A stretch of 62,958 nucleotides of DNA, counting the filler, from Guillardia theta CCMP2712 (taxonomy: Eukaryota > Protista > Cryptophyta): assembly GCF_000315625.1 (NCBI RefSeq). It is 5 parts of 4 records of this genome, joined end to end, with 100 filler letters (N's around TTAATTAATTAA, not from the genome) between each part and the next. Parts side by side here need not be neighbours in the genome. Positions count along the whole stretch, not along the records: positions 32,374 to 50,145 come from NW_005434336.1; positions 50,246 to 60,440 come from NW_005434531.1; 3 more parts are not named here. One strand, written 5' to 3'. The position numbers were made by a program, and so were the translations under genes. Each line of letters starts with the position of its first letter. The first letter of the stretch is position 1. The notes under the pieces were generated by a model. It did not search any database and was not told the origin of the DNA. It worked only from the letters and a program-made list of their open reading frames with translations. This document shows, in pieces, positions 38,831 through 50,597 of this stretch.

Positions 38831-38963
38831 GGGGATTTCTGTCACAGACCGCCCCTCCCTCCTCCCCCTCCGCTCTCAGTTCTCCTCTCGCCGCCCTCGA
38901 TCGCTTCCCTCCCCTCGCCCTAGCCTACAGCCCTTCATCTTTTATGGCTTGTCAGACTCTTTC

Positions 38964-39842
38964 CATGAACACAAGCGCGCAAACTGCATCCACAACTCCT
39001 GGAGATAGCGATGCAATGGGCGCGGGCACTTGCGATAGTGCCATCTCATCTACTACGATGAGCGTGGATCAGATTGTGCTGGCCCTGAAGAATTCAAACG
39101 TGTTCAAGACGCGCCAAGTGCATGATTCATGTTTACAGCACATGGCTAAGAAGCTAGTCATCAGGTTGGTGACCGAATGTAGTCGTGGCGATCAAATGAT
39201 TTGAACTGAGCAGGGAGTTCGACGCTGGGGAGTACATCACTCATCGTGGCGATACTGAAGCCAGCATATTCTTTATCGTATCAGGATCAGTCGCATGCAT
39301 GTAAGGCAGTGGACTCACCTCTCGATGTTCTGACTGTCCTGTTAGCCTTGACGACGAAGAAATCGAGAAGCTAGTTGCAGGGCAGAGCTTCGGAGAGGTA
39401 GCAATGATGACCTTGTATAAGGTAGGAATTTCATGCTCAAAGTCGCACAAGCGTTTGACAGGATTGATGCAGATGACTCAAAAAGGGGTTGCTGAGCAAC
39501 AGGCAAGAGACTTGTGCAAGCGCGCAGCTGACATGCAAGTGAGCTTTCTCAAGCACGTTGCTTGACTTGCCTCACACCCTTTGCAGGCGAAAGAGAGGTC
39601 TTTGCTCTTTGAACTCAAGTTTGAGGACTCTTTGATGCTCAGTAGGATATCTCCTAATCTGTGGTGCGCGCCTTCATCTGCTCTGCTGCTTCCTATCTCT
39701 CTGACAGCCTACGCAGGTCTACCCTCGAAGATCTCGCGAAGCATCGCTCATGTAGGATATTTGACAAGGTGACGCCCCCGCGCTCATGTAAAGCTGATCT
39801 CACGTGTGTGTCTCGCAGAAGGGGTTTTCGACCGGGCAGTGA
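38964..39842 (+). CDS. Stand-alone cyclic-nucleotide-binding domain protein, multi-exon
   Basis: Spliced ...EFDAGEYITHRGDTEASIFFIVSGSV...LVAGQSFGEVAM...RAADMQ-AKERSLLFELKFED: CNB beta-barrel motifs. Confidence 0.8.
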
Positions 39843-40043
39843 GTTTGTGACCTCTCGCTCTCGTTCGCTGCATGTACTCTAACTCAAGTCTCGCACGCTC
39901 GTAGCCATATTATTTCTTTTAATTGTCTTTTGAATGTGTATCGTTCATTTTCTGCCGTACGTGCATCAGTGTGACGATCAAGTCCGTCAGTGTGACTAAC
40001 CGGGTGATTCATCCGGACTGCATGCTCTCAGGAGGCCCAACAC

Positions 40044-40747
40044 CTATTCATCGACTGGCCCTGATGGCGACGCTGCTTCCGTGGTGTTCCGCTCAATGTC
40101 CCTGAGCTCTAGCCATCCGCCTAGCTGCTCTTGCTGGGGCTCCTCCTGCTCCTCACCGCTGCTCCTCTGATCTTCACCCTGTGAGCCCAGCTTGAAACCC
40201 ACTGCCTCAAGCTTGACTTCCAGGATCCCTTGCAATTCCTCGCCGTCGCTAGGGAGAGAGCGATCTGGCTCCCATCCCTTGTCAGTGTGTCTCGGTCCTC
40301 CTCGACCTCAATGCTGAGCAGCGTGAGGTCTACTCTTCTCGCTTAGTCCAACATGGCTCGCTTGACTCTCGTGATCGATGTGTTACCTCCTCCGCACATC
40401 GCTTCCATCTCCTTCCTCGAGATCGGCCTGAGCTCAGGCTTGACTTCGACTTGATCAGCCGTGACTCTGACTCTGCCGCCTGCAGGCTTGGCCTTGTCCC
40501 GCTCAGACTTCCTTGCCTTGTAAAGCTTGACGAAGGTGTCGGCTGTCAGCTCGACTGCAAACGTCTCTCTGAGCTTGGGGTCGTCGCTGATCAGGGTCAG
40601 GTGCACCCCCTCCATCGCCTCGCTCTCTCTGAATGAGATCAAGGTCTGCTCGCAGCTGACTAGCGACGGACACGTCAAAACCCATTCCAGCTCCCTCTCA
40701 TGTTGTTGCAGGACTCCTGTGCTTAGCTCCAACAGCAACACTGCCAT
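40044..40747 (-). CDS. Hypothetical protein
   Basis: ORF 40343-41023 from M40747 (MAVLLLELSTG...) plus exon 40044-40235; no family recognised. Confidence 0.4.
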
Positions 40748-41450
40748 ACGTCTTCGGGCTGGGCCCCCTGCGACCCGGAGTCCGCCCAGGACTCTGCAGG
40801 AGCATGCCAGCGAGCGGCTGTACCTCTGCGGCGGCGAGAGACTGCGAGACAAGTTGAAATCGATACACCTCTGCGATCTGAGCCGTCCGGCGACTAATGA
40901 AGTTCTAAAAGCTGGCCCGGTTAGCCTCTGCCAGGCTTCCTGTCCCTCGGTCCTCCGGGGAGTCCGATCCTCCCGGAGGCTCGCTTGGCTCCGAGCTTGA
41001 AGGACCGTACCGGTCATGAGCAATGTTGATCTCTGTTGCTCCGACGAAACTTTGAAATGCTTTCAGTCCCATCGATCTGCCGCAACCTCCTTAACTCAAA
41101 GTTAAGTCAAAGATCAGTACGAGGACTACTATCCGATCAGCAGGAGAGTCGAGGCCCCGGATCAGGCATGCCAGTGCCATGATGTCGGCGGACCCTGACA
41201 CACCGTCGCACAGGCCGGGCGGCCAAAAGGCGAGAAGAGAAAAGACAGCGAGAACCGAGACTCTCTAGACCGTACTGAGTCTACTATGAGTCCGATCCTA
41301 GCTCTCTCAACGGCCAGTGGCGCCGCCCGGCGTACGGTGGCATCGGCCCGCCGGGCCGCCCGGCGGCGCTCCGGCCGGCCCGGAACTGAAAACAAGCAAA
41401 CAATTGAGTAAAAATTGAGGCGCCTGCTCGCCGATTCAAATTTCAACGCC

Positions 41451-44048
41451 ATGGAGGAAGTCGGACAGCAGGTGAAGGAGACGAAGAGGGGGAGAAGGAT
41501 GGAGGCGAGGAGGAGCTGAGAGCAGATCTTGGTGCTAGAGGACTGCTCGATACCATCTCGTTGCTTTCACGCCGCGTTCTTATCTTGATGCTTCAGGTTG
41601 GATTGAGTTTGCTCTCGTTTGTCGGAACAGCTCTCACTGGAGTTGCTATGCGAAGACTCTTCAGTCGCCCGATGTGAGGGAGGAGCGAGACCTGCGCGGA
41701 ACTGAAAGGCTGGCAGGTTGACTGCCAAGTCCGACGACCAACAGCATGTGAGGAGCGAAGAGCTGCAGGAGAACCGTGACGTTCAAGTGAGCGATGCACA
41801 GCCGCGGGAGGTGGTTGAAGCAGAAGACAAGCATGCCGACGTCCCTCCTGCTGCAGCAAACCATGAGAAGGAGCACGAAACGAGAGCGAAGGAAGCAATC
41901 CAGCAGGAACAGGACCATAATCCATCCGAGACAGCCGTGACGCGCAAGTCCCTCAGGTATGACCTGCATCAAGGAGTCAATTGTTACCCAGTTCTGACCC
42001 TGGTGAGAGCAGGAGGACGAGGCGAGCTGAGCTCGAAGACAAGGAGGCCATCAAGATGCTCATTGAGTCAGTGGATCTAGAGGAGGAGGAGAAAGTCAGT
42101 CAGACTCCGAGAGCTTCCAAGCGGGTGAAGTCAACGAGGAGGAAGGCCAAGGAGTCCGAGAAGAGAGCAGCGACGCCGGATGGCACAGACGATCAGCCGC
42201 TCGAGGTCGAAGAGCTCCGTCTGCCATCTCTCTCACGCTGCTGTCAGGAGGAGCAGGAGGAGCAGGAACAAGCTCCGAGAAGCTGCCAGCTGCTCGACCG
42301 GTTACCTTCTTCTCTGGTCACAAGGATCTGAGCCGCCCGCAGGTCGCTCGACGGGCTCACGAAGGAGAAGCATCGCCTCGCCCTCCTCGCCTGCTCCACC
42401 GTCACCGTCAAGACTCTTCGCAACGTCCTGTGTGGTCGCCTGCTGACGCCCATGGGCGAGAGGTCCTGCATCTCCTCCTACTCCCCTCGAGGCTCAAGTG
42501 AGACTGACGGATGTTTCAGCCGGGAGGAGCTGGTGGAAGAATACCTGTCGTCGATGCATCCCGACAAGGAGGCAGCGGACTCGAAGAAGCGAAAGTCTCG
42601 ACCCGTGGCCTCCGACAGCCAAGAGGAGCTCGTGGCCCCACGCAGTGCGAGGAAGCGAAGACTTGCTGCCTCCTCTCCTCACAGCGTCCGCGCCAGGACC
42701 CCCAGCAAGACCCCAGCAAAGACTCCGAGGGAGAAGAAGGCGAAGGTCAGCCCACCCGCGACGAGGCTGACGGAGGGTGAGGAGGTCGAGCTGGACAAGT
42801 GCAGGTTCCGGTAAGCCCAGGAGGCAGGGGGAGGGCAAAAGCAGGCGAGCTCACGTGCTGAGCAGAATCGACGAAGAGCTGGCGACCGGTGCGGATTCGA
42901 TCGTGTACAGGGGCACGTGCGTGGGAGGAAGACACGAGGGTCGAGCAGTGGCAATCAAGATGCAGCCGAGGCAGAGGAAGACCATCTTTCAAATCACCAC
43001 AGAGCATCACGTGCTCACCAAGCTCAAGCAGGTGATCGCCTTCCCTCCCTCCTCTTCCTAACTTGTGCTCTTCAGAAACGAATCGCCTCCCTTCACATCC
43101 AAGAGCCGCTGGCCTATGGCTGCCATGAGGACCGGTGCTACATCCTCGTCACGGGCATGCTGGTATCGCTCTCCTCGCCTCCTCCCCCTTTGAGGCCCTG
43201 CAGGGCCCCAACATGCTCTCGCTGCTCCCCGCGTCGAAGAGAATGCCGGCGAGGCAGGTGCTGCTGCTGGCCTACCAGGGGCTGGGGCTGCTGGAGGAGC
43301 TGCATGCGGCCATGTACGTGCACCGAGACATCAAGGTGAGAGGAGGAGGAGGAGGAGGAGGAGGAGCGAGTGACTTGATAAGCCCGAGAACCTCGTACTT
43401 GGAGGCGAGGGACTGGAGAATCAGCTTCACCTCATCGACTTCGGTACAGCTGAGGCGCTGGTGGACCTCGCGGGGAGGCGAAGGTTGCAGGCACAGGTAG
43501 GAGGAGAGCGAAGGGAGAGGAGGGGGGGAGGGACGCGCTGAGGAGGACGTGCAGGCAGCGGAAGGGACTCCGGCCTACATGGCGACGACGGTGCACAAGA
43601 AGGAGCCGCTGAGCAAGCGAGACGACGTGGAGGCACTGCTGTGGACGCTGCTGCGGCTGTACCTGGGGGAGCTGCCGTGGGAAAGGCTGGGAGGGAAGCA
43701 GCAGGGGGAGGTGCTGCGGATGAAGAGCAAGTGCCTTGAGGACGTGGGGGCTGGCGGAGGGCTGGAGGGGAACATGCGAGAGTTCTTCGAGAAGCTGGCG
43801 GAGATGATCGCAGAGCTGAAGGGGCCGGAGGGTGAGCCAGACTACAACAAGATGAAGAAGCTGGCGGCAAGGACCTGGAGCAAGGTGAGGCAGAGGAGGG
43901 GGTGAGGCAGAGGAGGGGGGGAGGCAGAGGAGGGGGGGAGGCAGAGGAGAGGGCGAGGCAGAGGAGGAGGTTGGTTTAGTTTTTGTTGACTTACACACAG
44001 GAAATGCCCAAGAAAGGGCCAAGCATCGACAAGGCCAGCTGGATATGA
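41451..44048 (+). CDS. Casein kinase 1-like Ser/Thr kinase, copy A, with long disordered N-terminus
   Basis: VAIK, HRDIK-PEN, LIDFG, EGTPAYM, SKRDDVEAL and LPW are CK1-family motifs; ends EMPKKGPSIDKASWI*. Confidence 0.9.
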
Positions 44049-45091
44049 AAGAAATGTTGAGAATGTGAGTAGGACATTGAAACGTATTAAGATAACATCT
44101 CAAGTATGTTTACATCTCAAGTATCTTTTAAGATTATATCTCAAGCATCTTGCGAGCGCAAATCTTCTTCTGCTACCTCCAGCTGGCCTTGTCGATGCTC
44201 ATCGCTCCCCTGCCAGGCATCTCCTGCGATGATGTCAACTGACACTCCTGGCCTCACCCCCCTCCTCTGCCTCCCTCCCCTNNNNNNNNNNNNNNNNNNN
44301 NNNNNNNNNNNNNNNNNNNNNNNNNNNNNNNNNNNNNNNNNNNNNNNNNNNNNNNNNNNNNNNNNNNNNNNNNNNNNNNNNTGCGATCATCTCCGCCAGC
44401 TTCTCGAAGAACTCTCGCATGTTCCCCTCCAGCCCTCCGCCAGCCCCCACGTCCTCAAGGCACTTGCTCTTCATCCGCAGCACCTCCCCCTGCTGCTTCC
44501 CTCCCAGCCTTTCCCACGGCAGCTCCCCCAGGTACAGCCGCAGCAGCGTCCACAGCAGTGCCTCCACGTCGTCTCGCTTGCTCAGCGGCTCCTTCTTGTG
44601 CACCGTCGTCGCCATGTAGGCCGGAGTCCCTTCCGCTGCCTGCACGTCCTCCTCAGCGCGTCCCTCCCCCCCTCCTCTCCCTTCGCTCTCCTCCTACCTG
44701 TGCCTGCAACCTTCGCCTCCCCGCGAGGTCCACCAGCGCCTCAGCTGTACCGAAGTCGATGAGGTGAAGCTGATTCTCCAGTCCCTCGCCTCCAAGTACG
44801 AGGTTCTCGGGCTTATCAAGTCACTCGCTCCTCCTCCTCCTCCTCCTCCTCTCACCTTGATGTCTCGGTGCACGTACATGGCCGCATGCAGCTCCTCCAG
44901 CAGCCCCAGCCCCTGGTAGGCCAGCAGCAGCACCTGCCTCGCCGGCATTCTCTTCGACGCGGGGAGCAGCGAGAGCATGTTGGGGCCCTGCAGGGCCTCA
45001 AAGGGGGAGGAGGCGAGGAGAGCGATACCAGCATGCCCGTGACGAGGATGTAGCACCGGTCCTCATGGCAGCCATAGGCCAGCGGCTCTTG
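43100..45091. repeat. ~710-bp near-perfect inverted repeat (43100-43812 / 44382-45091)
   Basis: ORF translations identical on opposite strands except one GGA unit in an intronic tract (121 vs 120 aa ORFs). Confidence 0.95.
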
Positions 45092-45677
45092 CAGGAAGAG
45101 TCTGGGGCTCGACCCCTTGAGCTTTGATAGCACGTAATACTCAGTGGTGACCTAGTGAGGGTGAGGAGCAGGAGCAAGGGAAGGCGAGCACCTGGTAGCT
45201 CGTCTTCGGCCTCCTCTCTTGCACTTTGATCGCAACCCTCCTCCCACTCGCCTTCCCCTTGTTGCATCGCCCAGTGTAGATGAACGCTTGTGCGCCATGG
45301 CTCAGAAACTGAGGGGGAGCCGCATCAGGAGCAGGTATTGCAGAGCCACAAGAGACTGACTGACTGAACTTCAAACTCATGGCTGTTGATCCGCAGCACC
45401 TTGATCATGTGCATTATCCAGTCTTGGAAGCTCAACAGCATCTTCACTCACCTCCCCAGCCCTCAACGGGTCGTTGACCTGATCTCATCAGATCTCTGAC
45501 CTCGCACAAGTAGACACATACCTGCTTCCCCGTCGCCCGGTCCCCTGCTCCCTCCCCTCCTCTTCCTCTTCGACAGCCTCTGACATCTGCTCCATCTCCC
45601 TCCCCTCCCTCCCCTCCTCTTCCTCTTCCTCTGCTCTCTCTCCCCGCATTTTCTGCTCTGCTTCGCTTTCCCACCAT
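44173..45677 (-). CDS. Casein kinase 1-like kinase, copy B (inverted paralog, short N-terminus)
   Basis: Same C-lobe as copy A; own N-lobe FLSHGAQAFIYTG...RVAIKVQ; ends EMPGRGAMSIDKASWR*; 100-N gap at 44282-44381. Confidence 0.88.
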
Positions 45678-45723
45678 TCTCACCTTCGTAACTGAGGCAG
45701 GCTCGGATCAGGCCCAAACCTCC

Positions 45724-47727
45724 ATGGCGTCGGAGGCCTTGGCGAGGAGCGGTGAAGCGAAGCGGCGAGGGGACGGCCTGCATGCAGCTCAAAGGTGAGA
45801 GAGGGGAGCGAACATGGCAGAAGAAGCTGCAGCGACATGCTCTGACGCCGGTGCGCCATGTCCTCGCATGCCTCTGCTCCTGGCTCGCAGGTACCCCGAG
45901 GCTCTCCAAGAGTTTGCTGAGGCCCTCCGCGTCCTCGATCAGGTGACCCCCAGCAGCTTGCGCTCACATGACTGACCCTGTCATGCCCTGAGCTAGTTCG
46001 AGGCCAACACTCCCGAAATGCAGGAGGAGGAGGAAAGGAAGGTAGGGATTATGCGCACGTTCCTCCTTCAGAACAAAGCTTCGTGCTACCATCGAATGAA
46101 GAGGTGTCGATCAGATGTCTCCTCCCTCCACCTTGATCATATACCACAGACATCAAGATGCCATCACAGCCTGCACTTCAGCCCTAGAAGAGGATCCTTG
46201 TTGCGATCAAGCGATGCTGCTTCGAGCTCGATGTCACCTTGAGACCTCAGACTGGGCGGCAGCTTACAGGTGCATGAGTGGCAGGCAGGAAGCAGCTGAC
46301 GCATCGTAGAGACTTCAGTGCTGTACTGGATGCGAAGCCCAACATGCAAGAGGCGAGAGAGAAGATCTCGTGGATCAACACTCACTACCCGGGTGAGTTT
46401 CATGCCCTACCTGACCCTCGCTTACGCTCAGCAGCTGTGGTGAGGAGGGCGAGAGATCGACGATCCTCCTCGGAGAATCGATTTGCTGTTTCATTCCGCA
46501 TTGTTTTTCACTTCGTCCTATCCGTCGCCTGGCTGTCCTCGGCCCTCATGCTCGCTCTCCATGCCTCAGGTATCCCTCAGGTCTTAAGCTTGTCTGAGCC
46601 CGCGAAGACTATGTCGGCGACCTCTCGCGAGGATATTTGGCGATTATCACGGCGATCTCGCTGGTGAGCGAAGAGGTTGAGATGAGAGAAGGTGACGAGG
46701 GACGCAGGTGGCGGCTTTGCTGGACCCAGTCTACGTTCTTCTCTTCACCCCCTCCACGTCACTCCGATCGCAAACAACTGAGTTTGCTGCCGTCGCAGTG
46801 TCAAGAGCTTGCACATTAGGTCTTCCGAACTCCTCTTCTTCACTTTGTTTCCCCTTGCGATCGATTTCCTCCCCTCCTCGCTCTTTGCCCATGAGGTCAT
46901 ACGCCTTGTTCTGACTAGCTCGGGTAGCCATCTGGAATATTTTGGTGCCTGAGCTGCACGATGGCGATTCGCTGCATCGCCACGTCACCAGCAGGGATCG
47001 CTTTCTGTGCAACGGACTGGCTGTGAGCTCCGTCATGGAGGCGCTTCTGCTTCATCCCCTTGCTGTATCCGCAGCCTCCCGTTCCCTCCTCCCTGTCTGA
47101 ACTCCCAGCAGCTCATCGAGCAGTTCGTTGAAGTTCCTCAAGACCCCAAGAGAGTCTGCGCGAGGCTCCGCCTGCTCGCCTTAGCCTGCCGCTTGTTCGC
47201 CGAGTACGCGGTAGAAACCTCCCAGCTCTCGTCCGCCTAAGCTGACCGTCGGATCGTTTCCTCAGGTTGTGTGGATGTGCCACGTATACGAGAGGGCGTA
47301 TGGGGACGTGAAGGTATTGGCTCCTCTCCTCTCTAACCCTCCCCTTCCCTCCTCACCTCCCTCTTTCCTTCGGACCTTCCCTCCCTCCCTCTCCCCTCCT
47401 CCCTCCGCTGCTGCCTTCCTCCCCTCCCTCCTCCCTACCTGCATTCCCTGCCCTCTGCTGCTCCCTCTCCCTTCCTCTCTCCCCATCCCTCATCTTCCTC
47501 TGCTGCACTCTCCCTCCCCTCCTGTCCTTCCTGCCTCTGCTTTCTCATTGCTTACCTGCGTTGGTTCCATGCAGATATTCGCTGCGTGGGAGGCGCAGCA
47601 TGTGAACGTGCTTCAGCTCAGTCTGGTGCTTTACCCTGTGGTCGCTACTTTCTTTTTCCATCGTCACCTCAACGAGCTCGAGAGCCTTGCGAGGTCGAGG
47701 AGGCGAGCACACAGCAAGTCAAGATGA
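45724..47727 (+). CDS. TPR-repeat protein with C-terminal multi-pass membrane domain (possibly divergent HACD/PTPLA-like)
   Basis: TPR helices AKRRGD...YPEALQEFAEAL, LLQNKASCYHRMKRHQDAITACTSALEEDP, AMLLRARCH...AAAYRDFSAVLDAKP, followed by hydrophobic exons. Confidence 0.7.
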
Positions 47728-47816
47728 GATGCTTAGCTCAGACCGACCTTGTTGTATATTGATGAGACCAACTAATGTAGCAACGTAAAAGAATAGAGTC
47801 AAAGCAAGCATCTTCC

Positions 47817-48374
47817 TCATCGGAAGCCTCGCTGTATCATGCGGTAAGCTACTCGCCCTGCCCTGCCAGACTCTGACACGGGAAAGCTTCTTCCATTCCC
47901 TGCTTCAGAGGGTATCATATGAGGGGCACTCATCCCCAGAGACCGATAGCCGGGAGCTCCTCCCCAATTTGTAGCCGACAGCATCCAACCGGAAGGCAGG
48001 TTGGTATGGCCGAGCACGTAGCTGTCCTTACTGAAGCTTCCAAGGGACGATGGTTCCCCGAAGTTTGATGTTGAGTTGTTTCCCTGTCATCCAAGATGAG
48101 AGAAGAGAGATACTAACCGCTATCTCTCATTCCTCTCTTCCCACCGTATCTCATCTCCCCCTCCCCTCCCCCTCCCCCTCCCCCTCCCTCTCCCTCTCCC
48201 TCTCCCTCTCCCTCTCCCTCTCCCTCTCCCTCTCCCTCTCCCTCTCCCTCTCCCTCTCCCTCTCCCTCTCCCTCTCCCTCTCCCTCTCCCTCATCTCCTC
48301 TTTTGACTTACAAACATTCCCGCGTTCGCTTGTTCCGCCCATTGCGACCCCAGCAAATCCACCATTGCGAACAT
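47817..48374 (-). CDS. Small Gly/Ser-rich orphan protein, 109 aa, 2 exons
   Basis: Exon 1 48374-48312 ([27 protein letters not shown] donor) joins exon 2 48083-47817 in phase 0; intron contains (GAGAGG)n. Confidence 0.6.
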
Positions 48375-48577
48375 GCCTAGGCGCTCTAAAAGCGGAATCG
48401 GGACCCTCATCCCCACTCGGTGTTCACCGGCCCCGTCACAAGCGTCACAAGCACTGGCCGGCCCGGGCAGCCCGGTCACAACCGTGAGCCTGTGAAAGTT
48501 CAGCGGCCCGGGCCGCGACCCGGAGTCCGACCGACTGGGTGCGGCCGGGCCCGGCACCTGCAGTGATGACGGAGCAC

Positions 48578-49225
48578 AAGTCAGTTTTTTAGACTTGTCC
48601 TGTGCCAAAGTTGAATGCCGTCTGAGACATTGTAACTGACAAGACAGACAAACCGTAAGACTGGCAGTTTTTGCTCAAGACCGAGTTTAATGCACACGAA
48701 ACAAAAGGACGTAAGGGTCGTCTTGGTTTTGATTTACAGGAGAGTTTTGCCTGACACAGTGAACGGTTCCTGCGTTATGTGCACAGGCCGACATTCTCAT
48801 TCCTGGGATCTGCAGTACGGTATACTATCCGATGATCAGTGATAGCTGAGTTAGTGACTCGCGCAAACAGACGCCGGGAGCACCGTACTCGTGACTTCAG
48901 TGTACTGTGCCAAAGTCACGCAGATGTCACATCGACCTTAGTTGTAACAAGACAGTTCTTGCTCAACTTGTCACAAGACCGAGCAGATATCACATCGACC
49001 TTAGTTGTAACAAGACAGTTTTTGCTCAAGACCGAGTTTAATGCACACAAAACCAGAATTGAGGAGCACATGAGAGATAGACTGTATGCTAGGATGTGAA
49101 ACCCAAGCATCCAGACATGAGAGGACCTTAGCAAGACGGCTAGGAAAGCCCCCCTCTTCGTCCCACACGCTACATCGTCCGCCTTGCCACGTAAGTCGTC
49201 TTGGTTTACAGGAGAGTTTTTGTTA
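48578..49225. mobile_element. Block of nested direct repeats, possible transposon subterminal region or relic
   Basis: 33-bp identical pair 48665-48697/49016-49048; 47-bp pair 48920-48966/48983-49029; gapped pair 48710-48748/49190-49221; recurring CAAGAC. No transposase seen. Confidence 0.35.
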
Positions 49226-50145
49226 ACTCGGCGCTATCTGACTGGCACGGCTGGCATACGTTCCATCCTCCCCCCGAGTTTCTGAAATAGTACGTTACAT
49301 CGGACGTCAGAAAGTCACACAAACAAGAATGTCAGCAGATCCAAGTCAAGATACGATGATACAACGTCAAGTTCACAGTCATGCTGAGTGGGCAATAACC
49401 ATTCAAGGATTCAATGATTGTCCATTCTGAAGAAGATTTTCATGCAGGGCTATTAGATGTGCAGTAAGGAGACTCGAAGGGAGATGCATAGCGAGCGGAT
49501 GCAATGAAGAGAGATAGAGTAAAGATAAGAGTGTCTGAGTTTAGCTTGTTCCTGCTTTGTTTTGCTTGAGGCACTTTTTACCTTCTGCCAGTAAATCCAT
49601 TATCTGAGAAGAGAGAAAATAAAAGAGAAGACGAGAGAAGTTTGCTCGCCAGCATTTGAAGACCAAAAGATAAATTTTTGAACCGTAAAGAACTTGTGAC
49701 CAGAGATTGCTGCCGCGAGATTGGAACATCCGTTTCAAGGCATCTGAAGATAATTTGCAGTTGTACCTTGTTCGCCGAGCCGGCTCCTTGTCGGCGGCTG
49801 CCCTTTCTCCGTCCGCGGCCGCCCGCTTTGTGGCGGCAGCGGACGTCTCGACTGACAGTGGTCAGTCGGCTGCCTCCGGGTATCGCGTCTAAGGGATTTT
49901 CTTCCTCCTGCATGCTCCTGCTGCTTGTTGCTTGATTGCCTGACCCTTAGGCTGCATGTCTGCGCGGCTTCGCGCTTGGGCTGGCGGTGCCGCGTCTGGG
50001 TGCCAGCAGTGCTGGTTCTCTTCGGGCTTGTGTTTTGTGTGTGTTTGTGCAGCTTCTCGCTGTGCGCTGTGTGCCTGGAGGTTCAGCTTGTTCCTGCTTT
50101 GTTTTGCTTGAGGCACTTTTTACCTTCTGCCAGTAAGCCTAAATT

Positions 50146-50245
50146 NNNNNNNNNNNNNNNNNNNNNNNNNNNNNNNNNNNNNNNNNNNNTTAATTAATTA
50201 ANNNNNNNNNNNNNNNNNNNNNNNNNNNNNNNNNNNNNNNNNNNN
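50146..50245. other. Artificial contig linker N44-TTAATTAATTAA-N44
   Basis: Linker 12-mer at 50190-50201. Confidence 0.95.
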
Positions 50246-50459
50246 TTGCAGGTACTTCACTTGGAGGCGTTTGATATCAAGTTTCTGCGAAAGCATTTCA
50301 TGAATATTCTTTTCATGCACTCTGAGGTAAGAATGTGACAATACTGCTGCTTTAGGATACCTCTCGCACAAACTGCGAACCCTAATGACAAGTTGATCGA
50401 CTGTTCCCTTTCTGGCCAGGCTTTTCAGCTTATCCCCCACCTGCTTCTCCATATACTTT

Positions 50460-50581
50460 CCTCCCTCCCTCCCTCCCTCCCTCCCTCCCTCCCTCCCTCC
50501 CTCCCTCCCTCCCTCCCTCCCTCCCTCCCTCCCTCCCTCCCTCCCTCCCTCCCTCCCTCCCTCCCTCCCTCCCTCCCTCCC
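50460..50581 (+). repeat. (CCCT)n tetranucleotide microsatellite
   Basis: About 30 perfect units. Confidence 0.95.
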
Positions 50582-50597
50582 TGCCCCCCTCCTTCAA

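Noticed and set aside
48920-49048. CRISPR-like array
   Set aside because: Only two 47-bp repeats with a 16-bp spacer, eukaryotic context, no cas genes.
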